Source: Podarcis cretensis
Taxonomy: Eukaryota
NCBI GenBank assembly: GCA_951804945.1
Contig: OX638149.1
Location: forward strand, 93,496,001 to 93,560,000
Length of the DNA stretch: 64,000 nucleotides
Reading direction: 5' to 3'
Part shown: piece after piece, positions 11,507 to 23,593 of the stretch
Position numbering within the stretch: the stretch's first letter is position 1
Layout of the letters: the number at the start of each line of letters is the position of its first letter
Notes under the pieces: generated by a model
The model's input: the letters and a program-made list of their open reading frames with translations, nothing else
What the model was told of the DNA's origin: nothing
The model's database searches: none
Translations under genes and position numbers: made by a program

Positions 11507-14500
11507 TTCATGGATCACTGCCTTGCCGTGGCGAAGGGGCTTGAAGAACTCAGAGAAGCTATGAACTATGCTGAGCAGGGCACCCAAGATGAACAGGTCA
11601 TAGTGGAGAGTTTTGACCAAACGTGATCCACCTGGAGGAGGAACCGGCAAGCCACTCCAGTATCCCTGCCAAGAAAACTCCATGGACAAAGACAACAGGC
11701 ATATAAAAGTTATGACGCTGGAAGATGAGCCCCTCAGGTCGGAAGGCGTCCAACATGCTACTGGGGAAGAGCGGAGGGCAAGTACAAGTAGATCCAGAGC
11801 TGATGAAGCGGCTGGGCCAAAGCCGAAAGGACGCTCAGTTGCGGATATGCCTGGAAGCGAAAGGAAAGTCCAATGCTGTAAAGAAAAATATTGCATAGGA
11901 ACCTGGAATGTAAGAACCATGAACATGGGTAAGTTGGAGGTGGTCAATGAGATGGCAAGAATAAATATTGACATCCTGGGCATCAGTGAACTAAAATGGA
12001 CGGGAATGGGTGAATTCAGTTCGGATGACCATCATATCTACTACTGTGGGCAAGAAACCCGTAAAAGAAATGGAGTGGCCCTCATAGTCAACAAAAGAGT
12101 GGCAAAAGCTGTACTAGGATGCAATCTCAAAAATGATAGAATGATCTCGATACGAATCCAAGGCAGACCTTTTAACATCACAGTAATCCAAGTTTATGCA
12201 CCAACTACTGGTGCTGAAGAAACTGAAATTGACCAATTCTATGAAGACTTACAACACCTTATAGAAGTGACACCAAAGAAGGATGTTCTTCTCATTATAG
12301 GGGATTGGAATGCTAAAGTAGGGAGTCAAGAGATAAAAGGAACAACTGGCAAGTTTGGCCTTGGAGATCAAAACGAAGCAGGGCAAAGGCTAATAGAGTT
12401 CTGTCAAGAGAACAAGCTGGTCATCACAAACACGCTTTTCCAACAACACAAGAGACGACTCTACACATGGACATCACCAGATGGGCAGCATCGAAATCAG
12501 ATTGATTATATTCTCTGCAGCCAAAGATGGAGAAGCTCTATACAGTCAGCAAAAACAAGACCTGGAGCTGACTGTGGCTCAGATCATCAGCTTCTTATAG
12601 CAAAATTCAAGCTTAAACTGAAGAAAGTAGGAAAAACCACTGGGCCGGTAAGATACAATCTAAGTCAAATCCCTTATGAATACACAGTGGAAGTGAGGAA
12701 CAGGTTTAAGGATTTAGATTTGGTGGACAGAGTGTCTGAAGAACTATGGATGGAGGCTCGTAACATTATACAGGAGGCAGCAACAAAAACCATCCCAATG
12801 AAAAGGAAATGCAAGAAAGCAAAGTGGCTGTCCAATGAGGCCTTACAAATAGCGGGGGAGAGAAGGCAAGCAAAATGCAAGGGAGATCGTAAAACATACA
12901 GGAAATTGAATGCAGATTTCCAAAGAATAGCAAGGAGAGACAAGAAGACCTTCTTAAACAAGCAATGCAAAGAAATAGAGGAAAGCAATAGAATGGGAAG
13001 AACCAGAGATCTGTTCAAGAAAATTGGAGATATGAAAGGAACATTTCGTACAAAGATTTCCATAATAAAGGACAAAAGTGGAAAGGACCTAACAGAAGCA
13101 GAAGACATCAAGAAGAGGTGGCAAGAATACACAGAGGAATTATACCAGAAAGAAACGGATGTCTCATATACCCCAGGTAGTGTGGTTGCTGACCTTGAGC
13201 CAGACATCCTGGAGAGTGAAGTCAAATGGGCCTTAGAAAGCACTGCAAATAACAAGGCCAGTGGAAGTGATGGTATTCCAGCTGAACTATTTAAAATTTT
13301 AAAAGATGATGCTGTTAAGGTGCTACACTCAATATGCCAGCAAGTTTGGAAAACTCAGCAGTGGCCAGAAGATTGGAGAAGATCAGTCTACATCCCAATC
13401 CCAAAGAAGGGCAGTGCCAAAGAATGCTCCAACTATCGCACAATTGCACTAATTTCTCACGCTAGCAAGGTTATGCTTAAAATTCTACAAGGAAGGCTCA
13501 AGCAGTATGTGGACCGAGAACTCCCAGAAGTGCAAGCTGGATTTAGAAGAGGCAGAGGAACCAGAGACCAAATTGCAAACATGCGCTGGATTATGGAGAA
13601 AGCTAGAGAGTTCCAGAAAGACATTTACTTCTGCTTCATTGACTATGCAAAAGCCTTTGACTGTGTCGACCATGGCAAACTATGGCAAGTTCTTAAAGAA
13701 ATGGGAGTGCCTGATCACCTCATCTGTCTCCTGAGAAATCTCTATGTGGGACAAGAAGCTACAGTTAGAACTGGATATGGAACAACTGACTGGTTCAAAA
13801 TTGGGAAAGGAGTACGACAAGGCTGCATTTTGTCTCCCTGCTTATTTAACTTATATGCAGAATTCATCATGCGAAAGGCTGGGCTGGATGAATCCCTAGC
13901 CGGAATTAAGATTGCTGGAAGAAATATCAACAACCTCAGATATGCAGATGACACAACCTTGATGGCAGAAAGTGAGGAGGAATTAAAGAACCTTTTATTG
14001 AGGGTGAAAGAGGAGAGTGCAAAATATGGTCTGAAGCTCAACATCAAAAAAACGAAGATCATGGCACTGGTCCCATCACCTCCTGGCAAATAGAAGGGGA
14101 AGAAATGGAGGCAGTGAGAGATTTTACTTTCTTGGGCTCCATGATCACTGCAGATGGTGACAGCAGCCACGAAATTAAAAGACGCCTGCTTCTTGGGAGA
14201 AGGGCAATGACAGGCCTAGACAGCATCTTGAGAAGTAGAGACATCACCTTGCCAACAAAGGTCCGTATAGTTAAAGCTATGGTTTTCCCAGTAGTGATGT
14301 ATGGAAGTGAGAGCTGGACCATAAAGAAGGCTGATCGCCGAAGAATTGATGCTTTTGAATTATGGTGCTGGAGGAGACTCTTGAGAGTCCCATGGACTGC
14401 AAGAAGATCAAACCTCTCCATTCTGAAGGAAATCAGCCCTGAGTGCTCACTGGAAGGACAGATTGTGAAGCTGAGGCTCCAGTACTTTGGCCACCTCATG

Positions 14501-14730
14501 AGAAGAGAAGACTCCCTGGAGAAGACCCTGATGTTGGGAAAGATGGAGGGCACAAGGAGAAGGGGGCGACAGAGGACGAGATGGTTGGATAGTGTTTTCG
14601 AGGTTACCAGCATGAGTCTGACCAAGCTGCGGGGGGCAGTGGAGGACAGGAGTGCCTGGCGTTCTCTGGTCCATGGGGTCACGAAGAGTCGGACACGACT
14701 AAACGACTAAACAACAACAACAACAACAAC
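11507..14730 (+). mobile_element. Full-length BovB (RTE-clade) LINE, ~3.2 kb
   Basis: 5' UTR tcatggatcactgccttg, EN-RT coding region, 3' end gaagagtcggacacgactaaacgactaa(ACA)n; 10-bp TSD aaccacagcc at 11497-11506 and 14731-14740; inserted into an older hAT-like MITE. Confidence 0.97.
11682..14710 (+). pseudogene. BovB APE-endonuclease/reverse transcriptase ORF with a single 1-bp frameshift at ~14065
   Basis: EN motifs GTWNVRT, LGISELKW, QVYAPT, GDWNAKVG, QIDYIL, GSDH; RT motifs NYRTIALISH, QAGFR, FIDYAKAFD, GVRQGCILSP, YADD (13941-13952). ORFs 11613-14093 and 14105-14710 join (IMATGPITSWQIEGEEMEAV) if one base is restored. Confidence 0.93.
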
Positions 14731-16799
14731 AACCACAGCCAGTTTAGTCAGTGGTTGGAGAGAAGGGTAGTTAGAGTCCAATGGCATAGAGTGGGCTGCT
14801 GATTCCCCCTCCCTATTATAAAATAGCACCAGAGGGGTGATCTGGATCAGGATCATGGAGGGAGGAAGCCTTAATGCCCTCCCTAACTGATTTCCTGCCA
14901 AACCCCTACCCTGAAGATGTCGTTGCAGCCAAAGCCTCAGAGCCTTGCAAATTTTCTACCCACATATTCTGAGCCCAAGTCAAAGTGCTGGTTTTAACCT
15001 GTTAAGCCTTAAGAGGCTTGGGTGTCAACTATTTGAAAGACTGAATCCATACCAACCTGCTTGCATATTAAGATCAACAATGAATGTCCTCCTCATTTGC
15101 CTGCTATTTAGGTCAGTGAAGTTGGCAGGCTTGAGATGGTGGCCCAGCAGCACTGGAACTCGTTACCTGTTGGAATATGGTCATTTGTCCATAATATCAT
15201 GGGCAAAAGTTTATTATTGCAAGGATGATTTCATAGCAGAAAGCATTGCTTGGAGCATGATCAACGCGTGGACAGCTCATGCCATCCGATGATTGGTTCA
15301 CGTAGCATAGCATGATCAACTGCGTGGTCTGGTGTGAGAACATGAGACTAATGTATTGTATTGTCTTTTATCTGCTGACTGAGGCAAAGTTTTCTCCTTG
15401 AATTTGTATCTTTTTGTGGACACACAATAAAAGGTTGGGCTACAGCAGCTTCTAGAGAGAGCTGCGGCCAGATTTCTGCAACCCATCTTGGTGTGAGACT
15501 GATTATTTACGGATGGCGAGCGGGTTCTCGTCAGTTACCATCAGACACCTGGAAAGCTATTGCTTTCCAGTACTTTTGCTTTGGTTTTTTAAATTTTTTA
15601 TATAAATTATAATATTTACAAATTATTCAAGAAAAAACAATATATTTATTCATCAACTTCCCTTCCATGGTTCTTTCTAATTATCTTCTACTGCCGCATA
15701 TTCTAATTGCTCCATTTTAATGAAAGCTTTCCATTAATTTTGCAAGACCTACCTGTTCCAGGTGTCCTTCATCTGACTGATACAGGGCTGAAATGTGTGT
15801 CTTTTCATTGCTCTGCTGTGAAATTATGTCTTATAACTTGGACTGGCTATTTTTATTTTCACTACTGCTGGCTTAGTAACTTCAGAGGTGTTGTAGAATT
15901 TGAGGGTGAAATCCAGTTCTTCTCATGCAATAGGACCTCAAAGAGTTTCTTTCAAATTTAAAAAATACTATCTTCTTGAACCTATAGTATATACCGGTAT
16001 ATTATTTCTCCACTTTTAATAGATAGAATTAAATTTCTATAAATTATATAATTTCTCCACATTTCTGAATGCGAGCGAAGGAAGTTTGTGGGAGATGGGT
16101 GGGCACACAATTGGCAGCTTTCCACGGACACAAAACTTGCTAGTTGCAGCCCTGCTTGGGGCAGAGCAGTGGCTGCTGTCAGCCTGAGGGATCTGCTGGT
16201 GGCTGAATGTTGTACATGGCCTTGGGAGGATAGACCAGCATTTGATTAATGTGTTGAATATTATTACTGAGATATTCACGCTCTATAAATCCCTCAGAAT
16301 ATATTATTATTAAAATGAGCTTCACCTTCAACTTGATTTCTTTATTTTTAAAAAGAGGCTCATTATGTCCTTACTGGAATATCAACATTCATGTCAGTGT
16401 AACATCTAAAGGAAATAGGGCCATACATTGTTGTAGCGTCGCTCAGCCCATGAGCCAGTCTCCTTGGGGTGCTCCAAGCACTTTCAAAGGCACCTCCTGG
16501 GTTGTTTACAGTGTCTCTTTCATGTGCTTTATCTTCCAGCAAATTGCATCTCTTCATAATGTACAGACTAGATTGGTGTAAGTGGACATTTGCGACTTAT
16601 CAGGTCAGAGGGTTTCATGTCCAATGCCAGATCAAAGTCGGCAAATGGTAGAGGAGTTTGTTCTTTCTGCCATTTTGCTTCCCTGTTCTTTCAAAGCATA
16701 TTTCCACAGTGGGATGCTACCCTTTTCCTAAGATGCAGGTGAGGATTTCATAAAGCCACAGGTTCCAGAAAGACCTCTGAATTGTCTCTTCCTGGTGTT

Positions 16800-17020
16800 C
16801 AGTGCCAGATTACCAAATAGGCAGAGTGGGCACCAGCTTATGAGCCCCATGCCTTTTAGGGACCCCGTGACAACGGATCAAAATAATATTGATCTGATCT
16901 TGAAATAAACTTACAATCAAGCTTTCTTAGTTCAATGTTATTCCACTAGAGAGCACGCATGAGGGGAGTCCCCCAGATTTTGACTGCCTTGGGTCCTCCA
17001 CAGGGTTTAAACCGGCAGTG
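16800..17020. mobile_element. hAT-like MITE
   Basis: Imperfect TIRs cagtgccagatt / aaaccggcagtg; 8-bp TSD ctggtgtt/ctggtgct. Confidence 0.65.
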
Positions 17021-17438
17021 CTGGTGCTAGATTTAGGCATGATTCTGAATAACAAGATCAGAGATGGGGAACCTGCAGCCCTCCAGATGTCATCAGATTC
17101 CAACTCGGATCAGCTCCCACCAGGATGGCCAGTGATCAGGGATGCTAGGAGTTGCAGTCCAACAATATCACAGCTTTCCCATTCCTGTCTTAGATACTGA
17201 GCAGTGGAATAAAAATGTGGGAAACTGCTTCAATTTCTATTTATTGAGAATTTTAAGTCAATAAGGGGGGGGGTTCCATATTATTTGTTTGTGTGTGCGT
17301 TCAAATGAATAAATGTGCAGTCATCACTCATTTGTTTTCTTGGATCCAGACCTCTTTTGTCAAGATGGTGCTTCTGTTGTTGGGACGTTGCATTTTCCCA
17401 GTGGTACTCAGACCACAGCTCTCTTGGGGGCACAAGGC

Positions 17439-17583
17439 CCTCCTGTGGTGCAATGGGTACCTGGCTGTTAACCAGAAGGTTGGTGGTTTGAGCCCATCCA
17501 GGGCTGGCTATGAGTGGGATTCCTGCATTGTAGAGGGTTGGAGTAGATGACCCTTAGGGCCCCTTCCAACTCTGCAATTCATG
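17439..17583 (+). mobile_element. tRNA-Asn(GTT)-derived SINE with CR1 3' tail
   Basis: ctgtggtgcaatgg...ggctgttaaccagaaggttggtggtttgagcccatccaggg resembles tRNA-Asn; followed by attcctgcattgtagagggttggagtagatgaccc...ttccaactct. Confidence 0.75.
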
Positions 17584-17886
17584 ATAGCTCAGTTGATGAG
17601 AGCAGGGTACTAATAACACCAAGGTTGCAGGTCCGATCCCTATATGAGGCAGTTGCATATGTCTGCATTGCAAGAGGTTGGACTAGATCTGGCTTCCTCA
17701 ACCTCGGCCCTCCAGATGTTTTTGGCCTACAACTCCCATGATCCCTAGCTAGCAGGACTAGTGGTCAGGGGTGATGGGAATTGTAGTCTCAAAACATCTG
17801 GAGGGCTAAGGTTGAGGAAGCCTGGACTAGATGATCCTCAGAGTCCCTTCCAGTTCTATGATTCTATGAATTCCGTGATTCCATGA
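17584..17886 (+). mobile_element. tRNA-Ile(AAT)-derived SINE with CR1 3' tail (interrupted by a hAT MITE)
   Basis: atagctcagttgatgagagcagggtactaataacaccaaggttgcaggtccgatccc resembles tRNA-Ile-AAT; tail ends ttctatgattctatga. Confidence 0.78.
17689..17824. mobile_element. hAT/Charlie-type palindromic MITE
   Basis: TIRs ggcttcctcaacct / aggttgaggaagcc; exact 8-bp TSD gactagat at 17681-17688 and 17825-17832. Confidence 0.9.
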
Positions 17887-19138
17887 GAGCTTTGTGGAAT
17901 GTGGTTGCACTAACATCACACTGGGGTATGAAATGAATGGCCCTGCCTGTGTGAAGCTTCCTGCTGCTCCTTCATCAAGTTAGGATTGACAAGAAAGTCA
18001 GCTGGCACCATTGACCCTTTGCACTCAGCCAACCTCTCTCTAGCAGCTATCCCGAGTATTCATTGTCAAAGTAGCTGCTGCTATCTCTGTATTAAGAAAA
18101 ACAACCTTGTGGACATCGTAACTGTCCTATCCAATTAGTTTTCCTTTATGTCAGGCACAGTGTGGCGACACTTGCAAGCTTGGCTATCAAAAGAAAACCA
18201 CCGTCCATCTGGGTTTTGTGGTATGTGCCAGCCATATCTATTTATAAAAACCCTGGGGCCACTTAGTGACAGCAACCTTCATTCTAAAATTCAATTTATC
18301 ATTTCCTAATAAACAAACAGTTATAGTTTCAGTGACATGATACCCATGTTATCTCCTTGCTCAAAAATTATAGAGCAGGCACCCTATTTTTCCCCCTTTG
18401 TCAATTGTTAACATGGAACTTCTTCCACTAGTGTTTTTAGCTGACAGATCAGCTGCAATCCTTCTTGGAAAGTGATGACTGTCTTCTAGTAATGATGAAA
18501 TTTGGCGTTACACGGGCCTGGCTTTGAAAAGTGTGTGGAAGTGACAACAGGGTACAAAAAGAGGTGGCCATGCTGATAACTGTGGCTGGCTGCAAAAAAC
18601 AAATACAACACTGGTGTTAGAAATCTTCACTGGCATAAGTAACAAGAAGAAAACACCAAGCCACTTCTTCGAGAGAAAAGAATGATAAAAAGAGAGGACC
18701 AAATGTTAGGTATCTTTCTGAATATTGTTCTTGCTATGTATTTTTCCTTTGGCTTTTGAACTATCTGCACTCAGACATCACATCAAACCATAGTTTATCA
18801 TGAGGGCAACAACCCTAGGCTTCTCCTGGGCTCATGTGCTCTCTCACTCCTCTGGGCATGACCACAAAAAGGGATTCAGAAGGTTTTGCGTCTTCTTCTT
18901 TATCAAGCACAGCTTCTTGTCCAAACCCAATAGACCAATTTATCGTAGTAATGGTTTGTTTGAAAGGAACCACATTCAAACCCTGGTTTATGAAGCTTCT
19001 TCTTTCAGCAAACCATAGTTAAGATTAACCTTGGTTTAAGATTCAGAAGGAATGTTAAACCATGCTTAATTGAAATCTTAAAACAAACCTTCCAATTTCC
19101 TCTTAGTGGGTGTGCTGTGTGGAAAGTGTGGGGTGGTT

Positions 19139-19826
19139 GTTGTTTAGTCGTTTAGTCGTGTCCGACTCTTCGTGACCCCATGGACCAGAGAACGCCAGGC
19201 ACTCCTGTCCTCCACTGCCCCTCGCAGCTTGGTCAGACTCATGCTGGTAACCTCGAAAACACTATCCAACCATCTCGTCCTCTGTCGCCCCCTTCTCCTT
19301 GTGCCCTCCATCTTTCCCAACATCAGGGTCTTCTCCAGGGAGTCTTCTCTTCTCATGAGGTGGCCAAAGTACTGGAGCCTCAGCTTCACAATCTGTCCTT
19401 CCAGTGAGCACTCAGGGCTGATTTCCTTCAGAATGGAGAGGTTTGATCTTCTTGCAGTCCATGGGACTCTCAAGAGTCTCCTCCAGCACCATAATTCAAA
19501 AGCATCAATTCTTCGGCGATCAGCCTTCTTTATGGTCCAGCTCTCACTTCCATACATCACTACTGGGAAAACCATAGCTTTAACTATACGGACCTTTGTT
19601 GGCAAGGTGATGTCTCTACTTCTCAAGATGCTGTCTAGGCCTGTCATTGCCCTTCTCCCAAGAAGCAGGCGTCTTTTAATTTCGTGGCTGCTGTCACCAT
19701 CTGCAGTGATCATGGAGCCCAAGAAAGTAAAATCTCTCACTGCCTCCATTTCTGATTTTACTTTCTTGGGCTCCATGATCACTGCAGATGGTGACAGCAG
19801 CCACGAAATTAAAAGACGCCTGCTTC
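19139..19826 (-). mobile_element. 5'-truncated BovB with inverted (fold-back) 5' segment
   Basis: Near-identical to the 3' 600 bp of the full-length copy; 11-bp TSD gtggggtggtt at 19128-19138 and 19827-19837; 19754-19826 is the reverse complement of 19662-19734. Confidence 0.96.
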
Positions 19827-21203
19827 GTGGGGTGGTTATTTGTGCCCAAAGGAATGCTAGGTTTTGTTCATTCCCATCACAACAAAATGTGGATTGTCAC
19901 AATGTACAAATGTAGCCCATTTCAGTACCTGGATCTTGATCTTGCTTCTTCAGCAATGGAGTCTGAAGTGCTTCTCTTTGATTACAGAGCCCAGGTATAA
20001 ATTATCTCTGGTGAAAGCTGGTGCTAAATAACAGGCTGTATTACTAATTAGGGTAAATGTCATAGCAAGAGCATGCTGACATTGTTACGATTAATGGCCC
20101 AGTGCATTACTATTTAAAACACCTTTGGAAGTTAATGGAATTGTATTAATTGTGCTGTTGAAGGGACTGAGGCAAGTGGAGTCCATCATTCCTGGGCTTT
20201 CTGGAGCAGCACCTCTTGTCATTATGTTAGAACTGGATGCCATGCAAGTTCTTTATGCTTTAAAGATGTTCTCCTCTGCAATCATTTCTCAAATTAATAT
20301 AGCAGCTGTGCTCTGCTCCCTAGTGGAAAGGGAAGGAATCCAGCTGGATTCTTCCAGTAGCACAAATCCTTCTTAGTGGACAGATTACGTGCACATTCTC
20401 CATGAGGTCTAGTGAAAGTACACAATTGCCAGCTGTTGTGCACATTAACTGATCAGTTTACATTACACATACCTTCTAAGAAGGTTGGGTAGGATACATG
20501 GAGTTTGTCACATTTTATCCTAACAATGACCTTGCATGGTAGGTTTAGACTACCATGAAGGGCATCCACTGAGCTTCATAGCTGAATAAGGATTTGAACT
20601 CGGGCCTCCTCTGTCCATCACTTTATGTACTTTATCACACTGGCCCTGACAAAGATGGTAGCTGTAGATGAAAATGAAGCTTTTCATTTCCCCAGTGGGT
20701 GAGAGGGTGGTGGTAACCAAGCAGGCCTCAAGAGGCTACAATTCATCTGCCCAGATTTATGTTAAATGCACCAGCAAAAGACCAGTAAATGTTTTTCAGA
20801 TGACAAAAGATAAAAGCATGATAATATCAAATAGAAATTAAAAGTATGAATCATGAGGAATGAGAAATCCAAGAAATAATGATGTGGTTATTACATGGAG
20901 GGATTATGACATGCAAGATTAAAATCAAATACTGAATTCTGTATTGTCTGACCTAAACTTTACCAGATTTCTAGTTAAAGCTTACTACATAACCTTAATT
21001 TTTCTGGCTGCATGGCCTTTTAGAGAACATCATAGCTAACAAAGTGAGATCACAGCAAATAGGCTCCCGTGGACTCAAATGCATGTTGCTAGAGATCAGT
21101 CTGGTGTCCAGAGTAGAGGATCCAGGAAAATCCAAAGAGAAAATAAGTTCAGTTAAAAATTAAAGAAAAAATGTTTCAAAATAAAAGAAAGAAATATGAA
21201 CCT

Positions 21204-21348
21204 TAGAATCCCGGAGCTGGAAGGGATCCTGAGGATCATCTAGTCCAACCCTCTACAATAGCAGGAATATGCAGCTGTCCCACATGGGGATCAAACCTGC
21301 AACCTTGGTGTTACCAGCACCACTCACTAACCGACTGAGCTATCCAGC
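21204..21348 (-). mobile_element. tRNA-Ile(AAT)-derived SINE with CR1 3' tail
   Basis: Minus strand gctggatagctcagtcggttagtgagtggtgctggtaacaccaaggttgcaggtttgatcccc, then CR1 tail gggttggactagatgatcctcagg. Confidence 0.8.
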
Positions 21349-22846
21349 ACCCTTATCTGACAAAAAAACACTAAATTTAGTCAAAGCTGTCTATAGGCTG
21401 AAGCTCAGAACAATTATCATAAGGAATAGCTATGGCAGGGGCAAAGTAAAATCTCCCCAAAACTCGGAGCAAAGATTAGTCAGAGTTGTACACAAAAGAT
21501 GTGGAAAATTCACCACAGAAAAACCTAAGCCAGTGTAAAATTATTATCAAGAGTAAGAATGGAATCTAAAAACACATCTTTCTACTTTTTGTGTGTTTGA
21601 GAAAAGAGATAAGTTACAGCACAAAAAAGCCATCAGAAAGGATTGTTTGTGTGAAATAGAGATGAAGCCAAGATAGAGTCCAGAGAAGAAAATGAAACTT
21701 CTCTCTGTTCTTCAGCATGCTCAAAACTCCCCCCTTCTTGTTGACTGATTCCTTTAATTCCCCTTTTGCTCATCACTAAAATTTGTTCTGTATCAGAACA
21801 CCTGCAGAAACAGTTTTCTATTTTTTTTAGAGGCTGACATTATTGGGGTACAGGGAAAGCCTAAGAAAAACACAACCGTCTCCCTTCGCTGTGATCAATC
21901 TGATGCACGGGCAAAAAGAGGAAGCCCTAGCGTTTTACTATTTCTGGCTGTCAATCAAGAAATGGCAACATTAACTTCTTCCCAACAACAAGGGAAGCCC
22001 CAATCGCATCAGTGGCCAACGATCAATTAGCCCGCCCCCCAACTTTGGAGTGTCCTGGCGGCCCCCACCGCAACACATGCTCTCCATGAAGGAGAACACG
22101 CTTTGCACTGAAATGAATGGGGTAGAAAAACATAAAGACAATGTAATTAGGTAAATTATATAATGTCAAAGCAGCAGACAGCAAGATGAGTAATGTAGTT
22201 TTGGTGGAAGATGAACTGCAGTAGAATAGAAACAGTGCTGTATGCGACAAATACAGGAGGAAATGGAAACAGTGCCTTCTTGCATCCCTACTCATGACAA
22301 ACATTCAGGCCTGCTTCAGTCATGAGCCAGAGCTTCTTCCATTCTACTCCACAGGTTCTGGGGTGATCACCTTCACCAAGCACACAGATTTACCCTAAAA
22401 ATCAAGCTTAGTAAACATAGATGTTTGCAGCTTGTTGTTAGCCTGGCATCTTTTCCCCCCTTATGTGTCAGTTGCCATATCTAAGCTTTGCACATAGTAG
22501 TCATCTCTGGTTTTCTCCATTCTGCAAATGTTCCCACATGGCCAAAAATATTTCTTCAGGGACCAGCTTGCCAAGTCTCTGTAAATGAAATTTTCTTAAG
22601 CTGGTTAATAGTGTTCTGTAATGGAAGGTTGGCGTGTTCTCTATAAAATTTGATTGTGTGAACTCAGCAACAGACATAGATGGCTACATCACAAAGCCAA
22701 TTTCTGTGATCACTGAGTGTGGAATGCTTTTAAGAATACATTGGTTTGAGGTTCTCCCCACAAAGCCTCACTGTGTGCAGCCTCTCTGAGAACAACAATT
22801 TCACTTCCATGAAAATTTGCACTGTTGTGTGCAAGAGTGGAAAGTA

Positions 22847-23088
22847 CAGTGGTACCTCGGGTTAAGTACTTAATTCGTTCTGGAGGTCCGTACTTAACCT
22901 GAAACTGTTCTTAACCTGAAGCACCACTTTAGCTAATGGGGCCTCCTGCTGCCGCCGCACTGCCGGAGCATGATTTCTGTTCTCATCCTGAAGCAAAGTT
23001 CTTAACCTGAAGCACTATTTCTGGGTTAGCGGAGTATGTAACCTGAAGTGTATGTAACCTGAAGCGTATGTAACCCAAGGTACCACTG
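22847..23088. mobile_element. Tigger/pogo-type (TcMar) MITE
   Basis: TIRs cagtggtacctcgggtta / taacccaaggtaccactg, flanked by TA on both sides. Confidence 0.9.
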
Positions 23089-23397
23089 TAGAGTATATTT
23101 TGCCTGTGTGAACGTTTTCACATTCCCTAAAATGGTTCCCCAGTGAATATCAAATCACACAAAAATGCAGTGCAGCACCAAGCACAAGACATATATATTA
23201 CGGTACAAAAACAATAGTGGATCATTTCAGCACATTTTCTGGCTGCTTCCTAACATATTTGCAAAACAGACATGAGGAAATGAAGCACTCCTCAGAAAAT
23301 ACAGGACTAAGCTTTCTCCCCAATACTCCTTTGATACTTGCCAGACATCCTTGCCCAGCAGGCATCCTTCCTTCCTTTTGCTGGAAGGAATAGCATA

Positions 23398-23593
23398 CAG
23401 TGGTACCTTGGGTTAAGAACTTAATTCGTTCTAAAACTGTTCTTAACTTGAGGTACCACTTTAGCTAATGGGGCCTCCCGCTGCCGCTGTGTGATTTCTG
23501 TTCTCATCCTGAAGCAAAGTTCTTAACCCGAGGTACTATTTCTGGGTTAGCAGAGTCTGTAACCTGAAGCGTCTGTAACCCAAGGTACCACTG
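23398..23593. mobile_element. Tigger/pogo-type MITE (same family as 22847-23088)
   Basis: TIRs cagtggtaccttgggtta / taacccaaggtaccactg; shared internal sequence. Confidence 0.88.

Noticed and set aside
12674-14682. Long antisense ORFs (193, 142, 207 aa) and the 247-aa ORF at 19172-19915
   Set aside because: Shadow frames of the BovB coding sequence.
20125-20376. Hydrophobic, protein-looking 83-aa ORF
   Set aside because: TTG start, no convincing splice sites or homology.
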